Below are positions 28,822 to 37,374 of a DNA stretch of 64,000 nt, one piece after another. Made by a program: the position numbers and the translations under genes. The stretch's first letter is position 1. Each line of letters opens with the position of its first letter. The stretch comes from Bacillales bacterium (GTDB taxonomy: Bacteria > Bacillota_I > Bacilli_A > RF39 > UBA660). Under the pieces are notes generated by a model. The model saw nothing but the letters and a program-made list of their open reading frames with translations. It was not told where the DNA came from and did no database searches. Location: positions 1,183-65,182 of the forward strand of contig JAEEJY010000020.1 in assembly GCA_016282155.1 (NCBI GenBank), in the 5' to 3' direction.

Positions 28822-30654
28822 ATGTTAGGGAATATAGTTGGAATTAATGATAGTGAGATACTATTAAAATTAAATATAGATTTAAATAATTATGCTAATC
28901 TTATATCTATGCATGTTATTATGGAAGATAAAGAAAGACAATGTATAGGTGAAATTACTAATATTGTAAATGGCGTAGCGTCAATTAGCTTATTAGGTGA
29001 ATTATCAAAAGAAGGTAAATTTATCTATGGTGTTATCAATAATCCAAGTTTTGGAGCTAGCGTTAAACTAATTAGTAAAGAAAAAATCCCACTAATTATT
29101 GGTGTTGATAATTATAAAGTAAATGAGCATTTATATTTAGGTGATAGTGCCTTATATGAAGGTGTTAAAGTTGGAGTAAGTATTAATGATTTCTTTAGTA
29201 ATCATTTTGCAATATTTGGTTCAACTGGTAGTGGTAAATCTTGTAGTGTTTCAAGATTATTCCAAAACTTATTTGAAAAACAAGAAGCTATCGCATACCG
29301 CGCTAGTATCTTTATCTTTGATGCTTACGGTGAATATCATCAAGCTTTTAGTAAGTTAAATGAAAAGAACCCTAATATTAATTTTAAGAGTTATACAACT
29401 AATTTAACTTTCCCAGATACAGAGATAATTAAATTACCTCCATGGCTTTTATCCGTAGATGATTATGCTTTATTATTAGGTGCAGAATATGCTAATCAAA
29501 TTCCTATTATTGAAAAAGCATTAAAACTTGTAACTATCTTTGGTAGAGAAGAAGAAACAGTCTTAAAGGCAAAGAACGATGTTATCGCAAGAGCTATTCT
29601 TGATATTTTGACAAGTGGTAAACCTGCTAGTCAAATAAGAGACCAAATAACTTCTGTTTTAGCTGAGTTCCATACTAAAGAATTAAATCTAGATACTCCT
29701 ATATACCAACCTGGATATACTAGACCATTAAAACAATGTTTATTTATAGATGCTTCAGGAAAAATAAGAGATATGGAAATGATAATTAATTTCTTTGAAT
29801 CATTCTTATCTGAAACTACAGAACTTAATTTACCTGATGGATCATTTATGTATTCACTTCAAGATTTAGCTGCTGCTTTTGATTTTGCTTTAATTAGTGA
29901 AGGTGTCTTAAATAGTGATAAAATGTATGATTTAGCAAACGTTTTAAAAGTTAGACTTCATACATTAGTAAGTGGTGATTATGCTAAATACTTTGATGTA
30001 CAAGAGTATGTTAGTTCAACTGAATTTATTAAACGATTATTAGTCGCAACTAACGGTCGTAAAGCCCAAATCATTAACTTTAATATAAACTTTGTTGATG
30101 ATAGATTTGCTAAAAGTTTAGTTAAAATTTATTCAAAATTATTATATGATTATTCAAAGAACTTAGATCATCGTGGAACACTTCCAATTAATATAGTTCT
30201 TGAAGAAGCACATAGATATGTACAAAATGATAATGATGTTGATTTATTAGGTTACAATATCTTTGAACGTATTACAAAGGAAGGACGTAAATATGGTGTC
30301 ATGTTAGGTCTTATAAGTCAAAGACCTTCTGAATTATCTGAAACTACATTATCACAGTGTAGTAACTTCTTAATCTTTAAAATGCTTCATCCATTAGATG
30401 TTGAATATATAAGAAAGATAGTTCCTAACGTTACAAATGATATTGTAAAAAGATTAAAGATATTACAACCAGGTACTTGTGTTGCTTTCGGTAGTGCATT
30501 TAAAGTTCCTGTTGTTGTAAGATTTGCAATGCCAGATCCTGCTCCAAGTAGTGAATCTTGTGATGTAAGTAAGATATGGTTTGTAAGTGTACCACAACCA
30601 AGCCCTTCAGTAGGACCTATGCCTGCTAATGCCAATTTGAAAGAAACGGCGTAA
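28822..30654 (+). CDS. HerA/DUF87-type P-loop ATPase, solitary
   Basis: N-terminal barrel-like region. Walker A FAIFGSTGSGKSCSV. Walker B/DEAH-like IVLEEAHRY. ISQRPSELS segment. Monocistronic between a terminator and the ltaS promoter. Confidence 0.7.
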   Translation: MLGNIVGINDSEILLKLNIDLNNYANLISMHVIMEDKERQCIGEITNIVNGVASISLLGELSKEGKFIYGVINNPSFGASVKLISKEKIPLIIGVDNYKVNEHLYLGDSALYEGVKVGVSINDFFSNHFAIFGSTGSGKSCSVSRLFQNLFEKQEAIAYRASIFIFDAYGEYHQAFSKLNEKNPNINFKSYTTNLTFPDTEIIKLPPWLLSVDDYALLLGAEYANQIPIIEKALKLVTIFGREEETVLKAKNDVIARAILDILTSGKPASQIRDQITSVLAEFHTKELNLDTPIYQPGYTRPLKQCLFIDASGKIRDMEMIINFFESFLSETTELNLPDGSFMYSLQDLAAAFDFALISEGVLNSDKMYDLANVLKVRLHTLVSGDYAKYFDVQEYVSSTEFIKRLLVATNGRKAQIINFNINFVDDRFAKSLVKIYSKLLYDYSKNLDHRGTLPINIVLEEAHRYVQNDNDVDLLGYNIFERITKEGRKYGVMLGLISQRPSELSETTLSQCSNFLIFKMLHPLDVEYIRKIVPNVTNDIVKRLKILQPGTCVAFGSAFKVPVVVRFAMPDPAPSSESCDVSKIWFVSVPQPSPSVGPMPANANLKETA

Positions 30655-30688
30655 AGTGGTATAATCTTAACTTGTGTGAGGTGATAAA

Positions 30689-32701
30689 ATGAACTCATTT
30701 AAAAGTAAATTAACAAAAACATTTAGTAAAGTAAAAACTGCAGTAGCAACATATGTAAGAACAAATATTATGTTCCTTACATATGTAGCAGTATGTTTAT
30801 TTAATTCAACTTTGCTTAGATATTTTACAACTGAATCATTTTGGAATATAAAACCATTTTTAGCCGATGCTGCTGTATTAATATTAATTGGTTCTTTAGC
30901 TTATTTTATTAAGCCTAAGAAACGTATAACTTATTATCTAATATGGACTATAATATTTACGGCAATATGTTTAATTAATGGTGTTTATTACCATAATTAT
31001 GTTTCATTTGCGTCATTTTCGTTACTTGCCTCAGTAGGACAAGCAACAAAAGTTGCTAATGCAATAACTAAAATATTTGAAATAAAAGATTTATTATATC
31101 TACTTCCATTTATCGTATTTATTGTTGTTCATAATCATTTAAAAAGAAAAAAATATTATGAATTTGTAACAGGAATAGATGTAGGTAAAAAAACAGCAGC
31201 CCATACAGGTATTGTTGGACTTGCTATTTTAGCAATCTTTATTTCAATGTTAACAGGTACTGATTTAAGTAGACTTAAGAAACAATGGAATAGAGAATAT
31301 GTTGTAATGCAATTTGGTATTTATATTTATCAATTTAATGATTTAGTAGCGTCTTTAAAACCACAAATAAGTCCATTATTTGGTTTAGATAGTGCTTATA
31401 AAGATTTTAGAGAATATTATAATGAGAATACTAATAAACAAGAAACTAATAAATATACAAATATTTATAAAGATAAGAATGTCTTAATGATTCATGCGGA
31501 AAGTATTCAAGGATGGCTAATTGATTATAAGATTAATGGGGTAGAAGTAACTCCTAACTTAAATAAAATAGCACATCAAGGTTTATACTTTAGTAATTTC
31601 TATGCTCAAGAATCTGTTGGTACTAGTAGTGATAGTGAATTTACTTCCTTAACAAGTCTTTTACCAGCATCAAGTGGTACAGTATTCGTTAGTTATTGGG
31701 ATAGAACTTATCCTTATACAACTCAAAAATTATTAAAACAAAAAGGATATTATACATTCAGTATGCATGGTAATAATTGTACTATGTGGAATAGAAGTAC
31801 AATGTATCCAAGTTTAGGATATGATAAATTCTATTGTTATACTGATGCATATAGTATAGATGATACAATTGGTATTGGTTTATCAGATAAATCATTCTTT
31901 AAACAATCAGTTGATATCTTAAAAAATATTAGTGCTAAAAATCAAAAATATTATGGAACAGCTATAATGCTTACTAACCATACTCCATGGACTGATATAA
32001 AAGATCATAGTACTTTTGATGTTACTATGCCTTATAAAGATCCAGTAACTGGGGAAAATAAAATAGCTCCTTACTTAGAAGGAACTACAATGGGTGATTA
32101 TATTAAATCGGCTAACTATGCTGACCAAGCATTAGGTGAATTCATGGACGCTTTAGATAAAGCAGGTTTACTTGAAAATACTGTTATTGGTATTTATGGT
32201 GATCATGATGCTAAGATAAAGAAGAGTGAATATAATCGTTTATATAATTATGATCCAGTAACAGATAGTATTAAGGATGAAACTGATCCAGATTATAAAT
32301 TAGTTGATTACTATTATTATGAAATCAATAGAAAAGTACCATTTATATTATGGACTAAAAATAATCGTATTAATAAAGAAGTAACTGAAGTAATGGGTAT
32401 GTATGATGTTCAACCAACATTAGGTAATATGCTTGGTTTCTATAATCCATATGCTTTAGGACATGATATCTTTAGTGTTGATGAGAATGTTGTTATTTTC
32501 CCGAGTGGAAACTGGGTAACAAATAAGATGTATTACAATGCTCAAAAGGGTGAGGGATTTGCAATTGATAGTAATCCTGTAAGTGTTGATTATATTGAAA
32601 AATATACTGCTAAAGCTGAAAAGGTAGTCTCAATCGCTGATAAGATAATTGTATATGACTTATTTAAGAAAACAAACGAATCGACATTAAAAAATAAATA
32701 A
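30689..32701 (+). CDS. ltaS: lipoteichoic acid synthase family protein (5-TM N-terminus plus extracellular sulfatase-fold domain)
   Basis: Multiple N-terminal TM helices. LtaS-type catalytic region (HAESIQG..., SVGTSSDSEF, GDHD). 670 aa. Confidence 0.8.
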   Translation: MNSFKSKLTKTFSKVKTAVATYVRTNIMFLTYVAVCLFNSTLLRYFTTESFWNIKPFLADAAVLILIGSLAYFIKPKKRITYYLIWTIIFTAICLINGVYYHNYVSFASFSLLASVGQATKVANAITKIFEIKDLLYLLPFIVFIVVHNHLKRKKYYEFVTGIDVGKKTAAHTGIVGLAILAIFISMLTGTDLSRLKKQWNREYVVMQFGIYIYQFNDLVASLKPQISPLFGLDSAYKDFREYYNENTNKQETNKYTNIYKDKNVLMIHAESIQGWLIDYKINGVEVTPNLNKIAHQGLYFSNFYAQESVGTSSDSEFTSLTSLLPASSGTVFVSYWDRTYPYTTQKLLKQKGYYTFSMHGNNCTMWNRSTMYPSLGYDKFYCYTDAYSIDDTIGIGLSDKSFFKQSVDILKNISAKNQKYYGTAIMLTNHTPWTDIKDHSTFDVTMPYKDPVTGENKIAPYLEGTTMGDYIKSANYADQALGEFMDALDKAGLLENTVIGIYGDHDAKIKKSEYNRLYNYDPVTDSIKDETDPDYKLVDYYYYEINRKVPFILWTKNNRINKEVTEVMGMYDVQPTLGNMLGFYNPYALGHDIFSVDENVVIFPSGNWVTNKMYYNAQKGEGFAIDSNPVSVDYIEKYTAKAEKVVSIADKIIVYDLFKKTNESTLKNK

Positions 32702-32708
32702 AAAAATC

Positions 32709-32737
32709 TTGCGTAATAGATTATATTTTGGTATAAT
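32709..32737 (+). promoter_or_regulatory. promoter of the tRNA-Cys/tRNA-Gly transcript, TTGCGT-17-TGgTATAAT
   Basis: TTGCGT at 32709-32714. Extended -10 TGGTATAAT at 32729-32737. Confidence 0.6.
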
Positions 32738-32755
32738 CAAATTGCGCAAGTAAAT

Positions 32756-32830
32756 GGGTCTATAGCCAAGTGGCTAAGGCGTGGGACTGCAACTCCCTGA
32801 TCGTTGGTTCAAATCCGACTAGGCCCTCCA
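32756..32830 (+). tRNA. tRNA-Cys (GCA)
   Basis: Manual cloverleaf. Acceptor gggtcta/taggccc. A13-A22 D-arm feature typical of tRNA-Cys. Anticodon loop cTGCAac. T-loop ttcaaat. U73 and an encoded CCA. Confidence 0.9.
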
Positions 32831-32833
32831 AAC

Positions 32834-32908
32834 GCAGGTGTAGTACAATGGTTCGTATGCGGCCTTGCCAAGGCTGAGATGGGAGTTCGATTCTCCTCAC
32901 TTGCTCCA
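32834..32908 (+). tRNA. tRNA-Gly (GCC)
   Basis: Manual cloverleaf. Acceptor gcaggtg/cacttgc. Anticodon loop ttGCCaa. T-arm gggag-ttcgatt-ctcct. U73 and an encoded CCA. Confidence 0.9.
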
Positions 32909-32916
32909 TTTGAAAT

Positions 32917-32942
32917 AAACGTCGATTTAATCGACGTTTTTA
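32917..32942 (+). terminator. rho-independent terminator of the tRNA pair
   Basis: 8-bp stem aacgtcga / tcgacgtt, 5-nt loop, then a T-run. Confidence 0.8.
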
Positions 32943-32956
32943 TTATTTATTAAACA

Positions 32957-32988
32957 AAAGGACGACTATTATTTATGAGTCGTCCTTT
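32957..32988 (-). terminator. rho-independent terminator of the minus-strand gene 33002-33904
   Basis: 11-bp stem aaaggacgact / agtcgtccttt. The T-rich tail is on the minus strand. Confidence 0.7.
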
Positions 32989-33001
32989 TAAGTAAAAATA
33001 A

Positions 33002-33904
33002 TTATTTTAAACTTTTTTGCATAGGTTCTTCTAATAAATCTGTCCAATGTCCACTAGGCATAAATGCTGATGTATCTTGTCCTTCTTCTTGCGCTTGTTG
33101 GAATGCATCCCATTGTTCATCAGTAAGAACATCTTTAAAATGATTAGAATAGAATTTAAACCATGCATTGTAAGATGGTGTTCTAGTAATATGTTTATCA
33201 ATTTCAGGTTCAGGTATTTCTACACCGAATTTTGTTGTTTGATATACCATATATTCTAAAGCATATTGCTCTTCAGTTAAGTCAATTTTAGGTATTCTTC
33301 CATGTGCCATATCATGTTTACATCTCCAAATATGACCACCCAAAGCATCAATTGCAAAGTATAAATCAACTTCACTTAAATTATTGATTGCTTCTACATC
33401 AGAAATACATCCTGGATCTATACCATAAATTCTTGCATTCTTAATTCTATCTTCTTTTTCTTGTTCACTTTCTAAATAATCAGAAACATTTTTTCCGTTA
33501 TATAATTTTAAGTTAAGAATTTTTGATCCATCAGAAAAAGCTCTACCATTAACTATTTCTTTAATTCTATCTTGTGGTGCAACTATATCCCATTCTAATG
33601 TAGGTTTAGCATCCTTTTCTTCATTTCCTGAATTTTGTAAATCATAAGCACAAATAGGATTTTCGTTACCCATAACTTCGGTTAAAGTTGGTAATAATTC
33701 ATCTAGAATTGCTTTCCCATCAGCTGATGTAGAAATTAGTAAATATTCTCCGGCTTTAAAAGTTATATGAAATCTTTTAGAATCAAAAGAACCAGACACA
33801 CCACCCATTAAAGAAGAAAGAAAATCAGCTTCAAATCTTTCACCATATTTTTTTTCTAATAATTCTTCTAATTGTAAAGAATTATTAACTGTCGTTTTTC
33901 CCAT
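33002..33904 (-). CDS. hypothetical protein (300 aa)
   Basis: Strong SD GGGAGG 8 nt upstream of the ATG at 33904; the track start at 33910 is a TTG only 2 nt from the SD. TTGTAA-17-TATAAT promoter upstream. No motif I can assign. Confidence 0.6.
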   Translation of the reverse strand: MGKTTVNNSLQLEELLEKKYGERFEADFLSSLMGGVSGSFDSKRFHITFKAGEYLLISTSADGKAILDELLPTLTEVMGNENPICAYDLQNSGNEEKDAKPTLEWDIVAPQDRIKEIVNGRAFSDGSKILNLKLYNGKNVSDYLESEQEKEDRIKNARIYGIDPGCISDVEAINNLSEVDLYFAIDALGGHIWRCKHDMAHGRIPKIDLTEEQYALEYMVYQTTKFGVEIPEPEIDKHITRTPSYNAWFKFYSNHFKDVLTDEQWDAFQQAQEEGQDTSAFMPSGHWTDLLEEPMQKSLK

Positions 33905-34052
33905 TCTCAAAACCTCCCTAAGTAATTAACTATTATAAATCAAAAATTATTTATTTACAATAAATTGATATAAATTTCGCCACATATTGTTATTCTGGCA
34001 ATTGGTGATGAATATAATGTGATATAATGAAGATATAAATAAGGAGAATACT

Positions 34053-34430
34053 ATGAAAAGAAAATTAATTGTTTTAGTAGTTGGAATCACATTATTAGGA
34101 ATCACAGGATGTTCTAATAACAAAGATATTCTAGAAGGAAAGTGGATTGCCAAGACTGAAAATCAAAAAATATATCAAATTAACAAAGACGGAGATACTA
34201 CTGGCGGAAAAGAAGATTATATTCTTGAATGTGACGGTAAAGGAGCATATACAATAACTTTAGAAAATAAAAAAACTAAAAATGGAACTTATAGCATTAA
34301 TAACAATATAATAACTTTTAAAGATGACAGTGATTTACTAATTGCAGAATGCAAACTAGATAATAGCGAAATTACTTGTGATAATGAACTATCTACTTAT
34401 GCTTTAAAATACGTAAAATATTCTGAATAA
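34053..34430 (+). CDS. small lipoprotein (lipocalin-like size), unknown function
   Basis: Signal peptide with lipobox LLGITGC. SD AAGGAG upstream. Confidence 0.65.
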   Translation: MKRKLIVLVVGITLLGITGCSNNKDILEGKWIAKTENQKIYQINKDGDTTGGKEDYILECDGKGAYTITLENKKTKNGTYSINNNIITFKDDSDLLIAECKLDNSEITCDNELSTYALKYVKYSE

Positions 34431-34460
34431 AAAGAATGGTGATTGACCATTCTTTTTTTT
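34429..34460 (+). terminator. rho-independent terminator
   Basis: 10-bp stem aaagaatggt / accattcttt, then T8. Confidence 0.75.
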
Positions 34461-34461
34461 G

Positions 34462-34490
34462 TAAAAAAAAGATAGGATATAATCCTATCT
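34462..34490 (-). terminator. rho-independent terminator of 34499-35323
   Basis: 8-bp stem agatagga / tcctatct, followed on the minus strand by T8. Confidence 0.7.
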
Positions 34491-34498
34491 AAATAAAT

Positions 34499-35323
34499 TT
34501 ACGCACTTTTCATCATTAATTTTTTATTGTATTCGTTTATTTCTTCTTTTGATTCTATATCATAGATTTCACCACATATTGTCATTTTTACAATAGGAGA
34601 TGAACTAAAACTATGATTTTTTGTATATTCGATCTTCATTAAAAAATGATTAATATTTCGACATCCAGCTATTATATTTTCTCTTAATGCAGCTTTATTT
34701 TCTTTTTTATATTGGTTAATATATGCAAGCACATTAGACATATAGTCTAGTGTGTTAAGAAAATTAATTACTTCTCTATTACTTATATATTTTTGTAATT
34801 CTCTTATAAGACCAAGTAGATCTGCATTAAAATATAGTTTTTCCATTTTTTCTCTTCCAACTACGTTTTCAAGTGTTTCAGCTACGTATTTTTCTAATGT
34901 GTAATCTGGTAAAATTTTTCTATCACTAAAGTATCTTTCAGTTAATAGTTGTGTATATCCTTCGTTTAAACCCATACCAATATCTAAGTCTACGCCAAGA
35001 TGAAATTTTGAGTATTTTGTAATTCTGTATCCATTGCATTCTGTAAGTGTTGTTTTATCGTATCTTCCGGATGAAAGATGTAGTAATTCATGCCATAAAG
35101 AATTACTTTCATTTATAACACGTATTTTATTATCAATACAGCTGTAGTAAGAATAACTGGCGTGTTTAGATGCCTGTTTAATTGAAACATTTTCAATATT
35201 GGCATACATATTTTTTAAACATTCTTCTGGTAATACATATTTCATTCTCTCGATAAACGATCTTATATTTTCTAAGTATACTTTATTTATTCTTTTATTA
35301 TTTATATTATTACTAATATACAT
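34499..35323 (-). CDS. HExxH protein (putative gluzincin-like metallopeptidase), paralog of 51451-52272
   Basis: WHELLHL motif and a downstream GLNEGYTQLLTERYF block. Further shared block YFNADLLGL with the 51451 ORF. SD AGGGGGG upstream. No signal peptide. Confidence 0.6.
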   Translation of the reverse strand: MYISNNINNKRINKVYLENIRSFIERMKYVLPEECLKNMYANIENVSIKQASKHASYSYYSCIDNKIRVINESNSLWHELLHLSSGRYDKTTLTECNGYRITKYSKFHLGVDLDIGMGLNEGYTQLLTERYFSDRKILPDYTLEKYVAETLENVVGREKMEKLYFNADLLGLIRELQKYISNREVINFLNTLDYMSNVLAYINQYKKENKAALRENIIAGCRNINHFLMKIEYTKNHSFSSSPIVKMTICGEIYDIESKEEINEYNKKLMMKSA

Positions 35324-35430
35324 AATAGCCCCCCTTAAGCAGTTTATACTATATCATATTTAAAAAAAATGTCAAAACGAGCATTTTTTATTGAGCTATT
35401 TTTATAATTTGGAAATAAGTGATTTATGTC

Positions 35431-35460
35431 TTGACTTATAATATTATAATGAGATATTAT
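35431..35460 (+). promoter_or_regulatory. candidate promoter of the leader/glycosyltransferase operon
   Basis: TTGACT at 35431-35436. The best -10 candidates are ATATTA/TATTAT at 35454-35460, at 17-18 nt spacing. Confidence 0.45.
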
Positions 35461-35481
35461 ATTAATATTGGTGGTGATATT

Positions 35482-35541
35482 ATGCAAAATATTCACTTAA
35501 ATTCAGACGATTTTACTAACAGGGGAAACTGCGCTTTTTAG
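35482..35541 (+). CDS. 19-codon leader ORF (MQNIHLNSDDFTNRGNCAF)
   Basis: The initiation context GGTGGTGAtattATG is the same GGTGAnnntATG context used by many genes in this window. The stop TAG (35539-35541) lies inside the downstream terminator hairpin. Confidence 0.5.
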   Translation: MQNIHLNSDDFTNRGNCAF

Positions 35542-35559
35542 CGCGGTTTTCTTTTTTTT
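35527..35559 (+). terminator. leader terminator/attenuator upstream of the glycosyltransferase operon
   Basis: 8-bp stem aactgcgc / gcgcggtt (one G-U pair), 6-nt loop, then ttcttttttt. It ends 26 nt before the ATG at 35585. Confidence 0.65.
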
Positions 35560-35584
35560 ATATTCTACTTGAGGAGGAATCATC

Positions 35585-36289
35585 ATGAAAAAAGATTTTA
35601 TAGTAATGCGTCATAGTTATGATGATCATAGTTATATTGATGGAAAAAATGACACAAGTTTAACAGAAAAAGGAATAGAAATAGCGAAGACTGCGGCAAT
35701 TAAAGTAGCCGAAGAAATTGAAGATAAGAATGTTATTATACGTCATTCTGTTAAAAAGAGGGCTTTAGAAACAGCGGAGATACTTTGCGATTATTTATTA
35801 AAGAAAGGTTTTAACTGTGAGTGTGTTAATGAACCGGGATTAACAGAGTTATATCAAGGTAAATTTGATTTTTCAAAATTAACTCATGAAGAAAGAGTAT
35901 TATTTCTTCAAAGTTGTTGGGATGACTTCGAAGATTGCCGTATGAATGGTGATTATAGACATAATTTTGGTCAAAATAAAGATCGTAGTATTATTCTAAC
36001 TCCAGGAGCTAATCATATTGATTGGTCACTTAAAATTGCTGATGGTTTATTAAGTATAATATCAGATATGGAAAAAGACTATCAGTCTATTGCGATAGCG
36101 CATCGTGGTGCAATCTACATGATTGAACAATTAATAAGATATGCGAATGGATTAATTCCTCTTGAAGAAATCGAAAAGTATCATACAAGATGGATGAGTT
36201 ACTGCCAAGACTATAAAGTAGAAATAAATGATTTAGATAATGCTAAAAAGTTAATAAAAGAATATAAAAGTATTAGAGGTGTAAAATGA
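35585..36289 (+). CDS. histidine phosphatase superfamily protein (phosphoglycerate-mutase-like)
   Basis: VMRHS (RHG-type) motif, RHSVKKRALETAE (SPLxRAxxTA-like) motif, and a second catalytic His in IAHRGAIY. SD GAGGAGG upstream. Confidence 0.75.
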   Translation: MKKDFIVMRHSYDDHSYIDGKNDTSLTEKGIEIAKTAAIKVAEEIEDKNVIIRHSVKKRALETAEILCDYLLKKGFNCECVNEPGLTELYQGKFDFSKLTHEERVLFLQSCWDDFEDCRMNGDYRHNFGQNKDRSIILTPGANHIDWSLKIADGLLSIISDMEKDYQSIAIAHRGAIYMIEQLIRYANGLIPLEEIEKYHTRWMSYCQDYKVEINDLDNAKKLIKEYKSIRGVK

Positions 36290-37374
36290 AAATATTAATT
36301 AATCAGCCAAGATCTTCATACTTTGTTGGGGGAGCTGAGATGATATCTTTTGATCATGCAGCAAACTTTTTAAAACTGGGACTTGAAGTATCATTTTTTA
36401 CAATTAGTCCTAAAAGCATTGGTTTAACTTATTCAAAACAATTTAAAGATTTTAAGAAAAAATATAAAGATAAAATCAATATTATTGAATTAAAACAATC
36501 AGAGGAAATAAAAGAAATATATGATATTACACCGGGAGAAGATAGACGTCGTTGGAATGTAGAATCTATTTATTATAATCAAGTGTTTTATGATTATTTA
36601 AATACTCATAAAGATGTGTACGATATAGTATTTTCTTACTATAATTTGGATGCTGTATTTATACCTCGAAAGAATGTAAAAAATAATGTTTTATATTTAT
36701 GTGGTATTCCAAGAGAACAAAATGATTTCCAAGGAAGTTTCTTGTATCCATATGATAGTATTTTAGCAATTTCAGAGCAAGTAAAAGAATCTTGGAAGAA
36801 ATATGCGAAGAATGGTATAAAGATAGTTTCAACAGGAGTTAACTGTGATAGATTTATTCCGGGCATTAATAAATCTAAGAAGATTAAATTATTATATGTA
36901 GGAAGAATTATTGAACGTAAGAATGTTGATATGATAATTGATGCTTATAATAGATTGAAAGATAAATATGATTTAGAACTTACTATTGTAGGTGATGGTC
37001 CTGAGTTAGATAATCTAAAAGCTAAATCAGATGAAGTCATATTTACAGGTGTTGTCGCAAGTCCTGAAGAATATTACAAAAAAGCAGATATTTTTGTAAC
37101 ACCTTCTAAATATGGAGAGGGTTTACAAGGAACTATTTTAGAAGCAATGAGTAGTGGACTTACAGTAGTTGCGACTAATACTGACATAAATAAAGAACTA
37201 TTAGCTTTAGGAAGAGGTTTCTTAGTAGAACCAGAAATAGAATCTGTAGTTAAAGGAATCGAAGCTGCGATTAATGCTGATCGTGAAAAGATAGAAAAAT
37301 TAAATAGAGATTATGTTTTAGAAAAATATAATTGGATAGAAAAATGTAAAGATATATTAAGGAGTATAAAATGA
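36286..37374 (+). CDS. GT4-type (GT-B) glycosyltransferase
   Basis: Glycos_transf_1-like C-terminal half with an EX7E motif (EGLQGTILE). GRIIERKN motif. ATGA overlap with the upstream gene. Confidence 0.8.
   Translation: MKILINQPRSSYFVGGAEMISFDHAANFLKLGLEVSFFTISPKSIGLTYSKQFKDFKKKYKDKINIIELKQSEEIKEIYDITPGEDRRRWNVESIYYNQVFYDYLNTHKDVYDIVFSYYNLDAVFIPRKNVKNNVLYLCGIPREQNDFQGSFLYPYDSILAISEQVKESWKKYAKNGIKIVSTGVNCDRFIPGINKSKKIKLLYVGRIIERKNVDMIIDAYNRLKDKYDLELTIVGDGPELDNLKAKSDEVIFTGVVASPEEYYKKADIFVTPSKYGEGLQGTILEAMSSGLTVVATNTDINKELLALGRGFLVEPEIESVVKGIEAAINADREKIEKLNRDYVLEKYNWIEKCKDILRSIK

Noticed and set aside
28822-30654. Known HerA-containing defence systems (Sir2-HerA, DUF4297-HerA) or a HerA-NurA repair pair.
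   Set aside because: No partner gene is present on either side. The flanks are a terminator after yqeH and the ltaS promoter. It is reported only as a solitary ATPase.
32756-35323. Integrated prophage, ICE or genomic island at the tRNA-Cys/tRNA-Gly locus.
   Set aside because: There is no integrase, recombinase, phage or conjugation gene. I could find no direct repeat of the tRNA-Gly 3' end by eye in the intergenic regions up to 44.6 kb. I kept it only as a weak 'accessory patch' finding.
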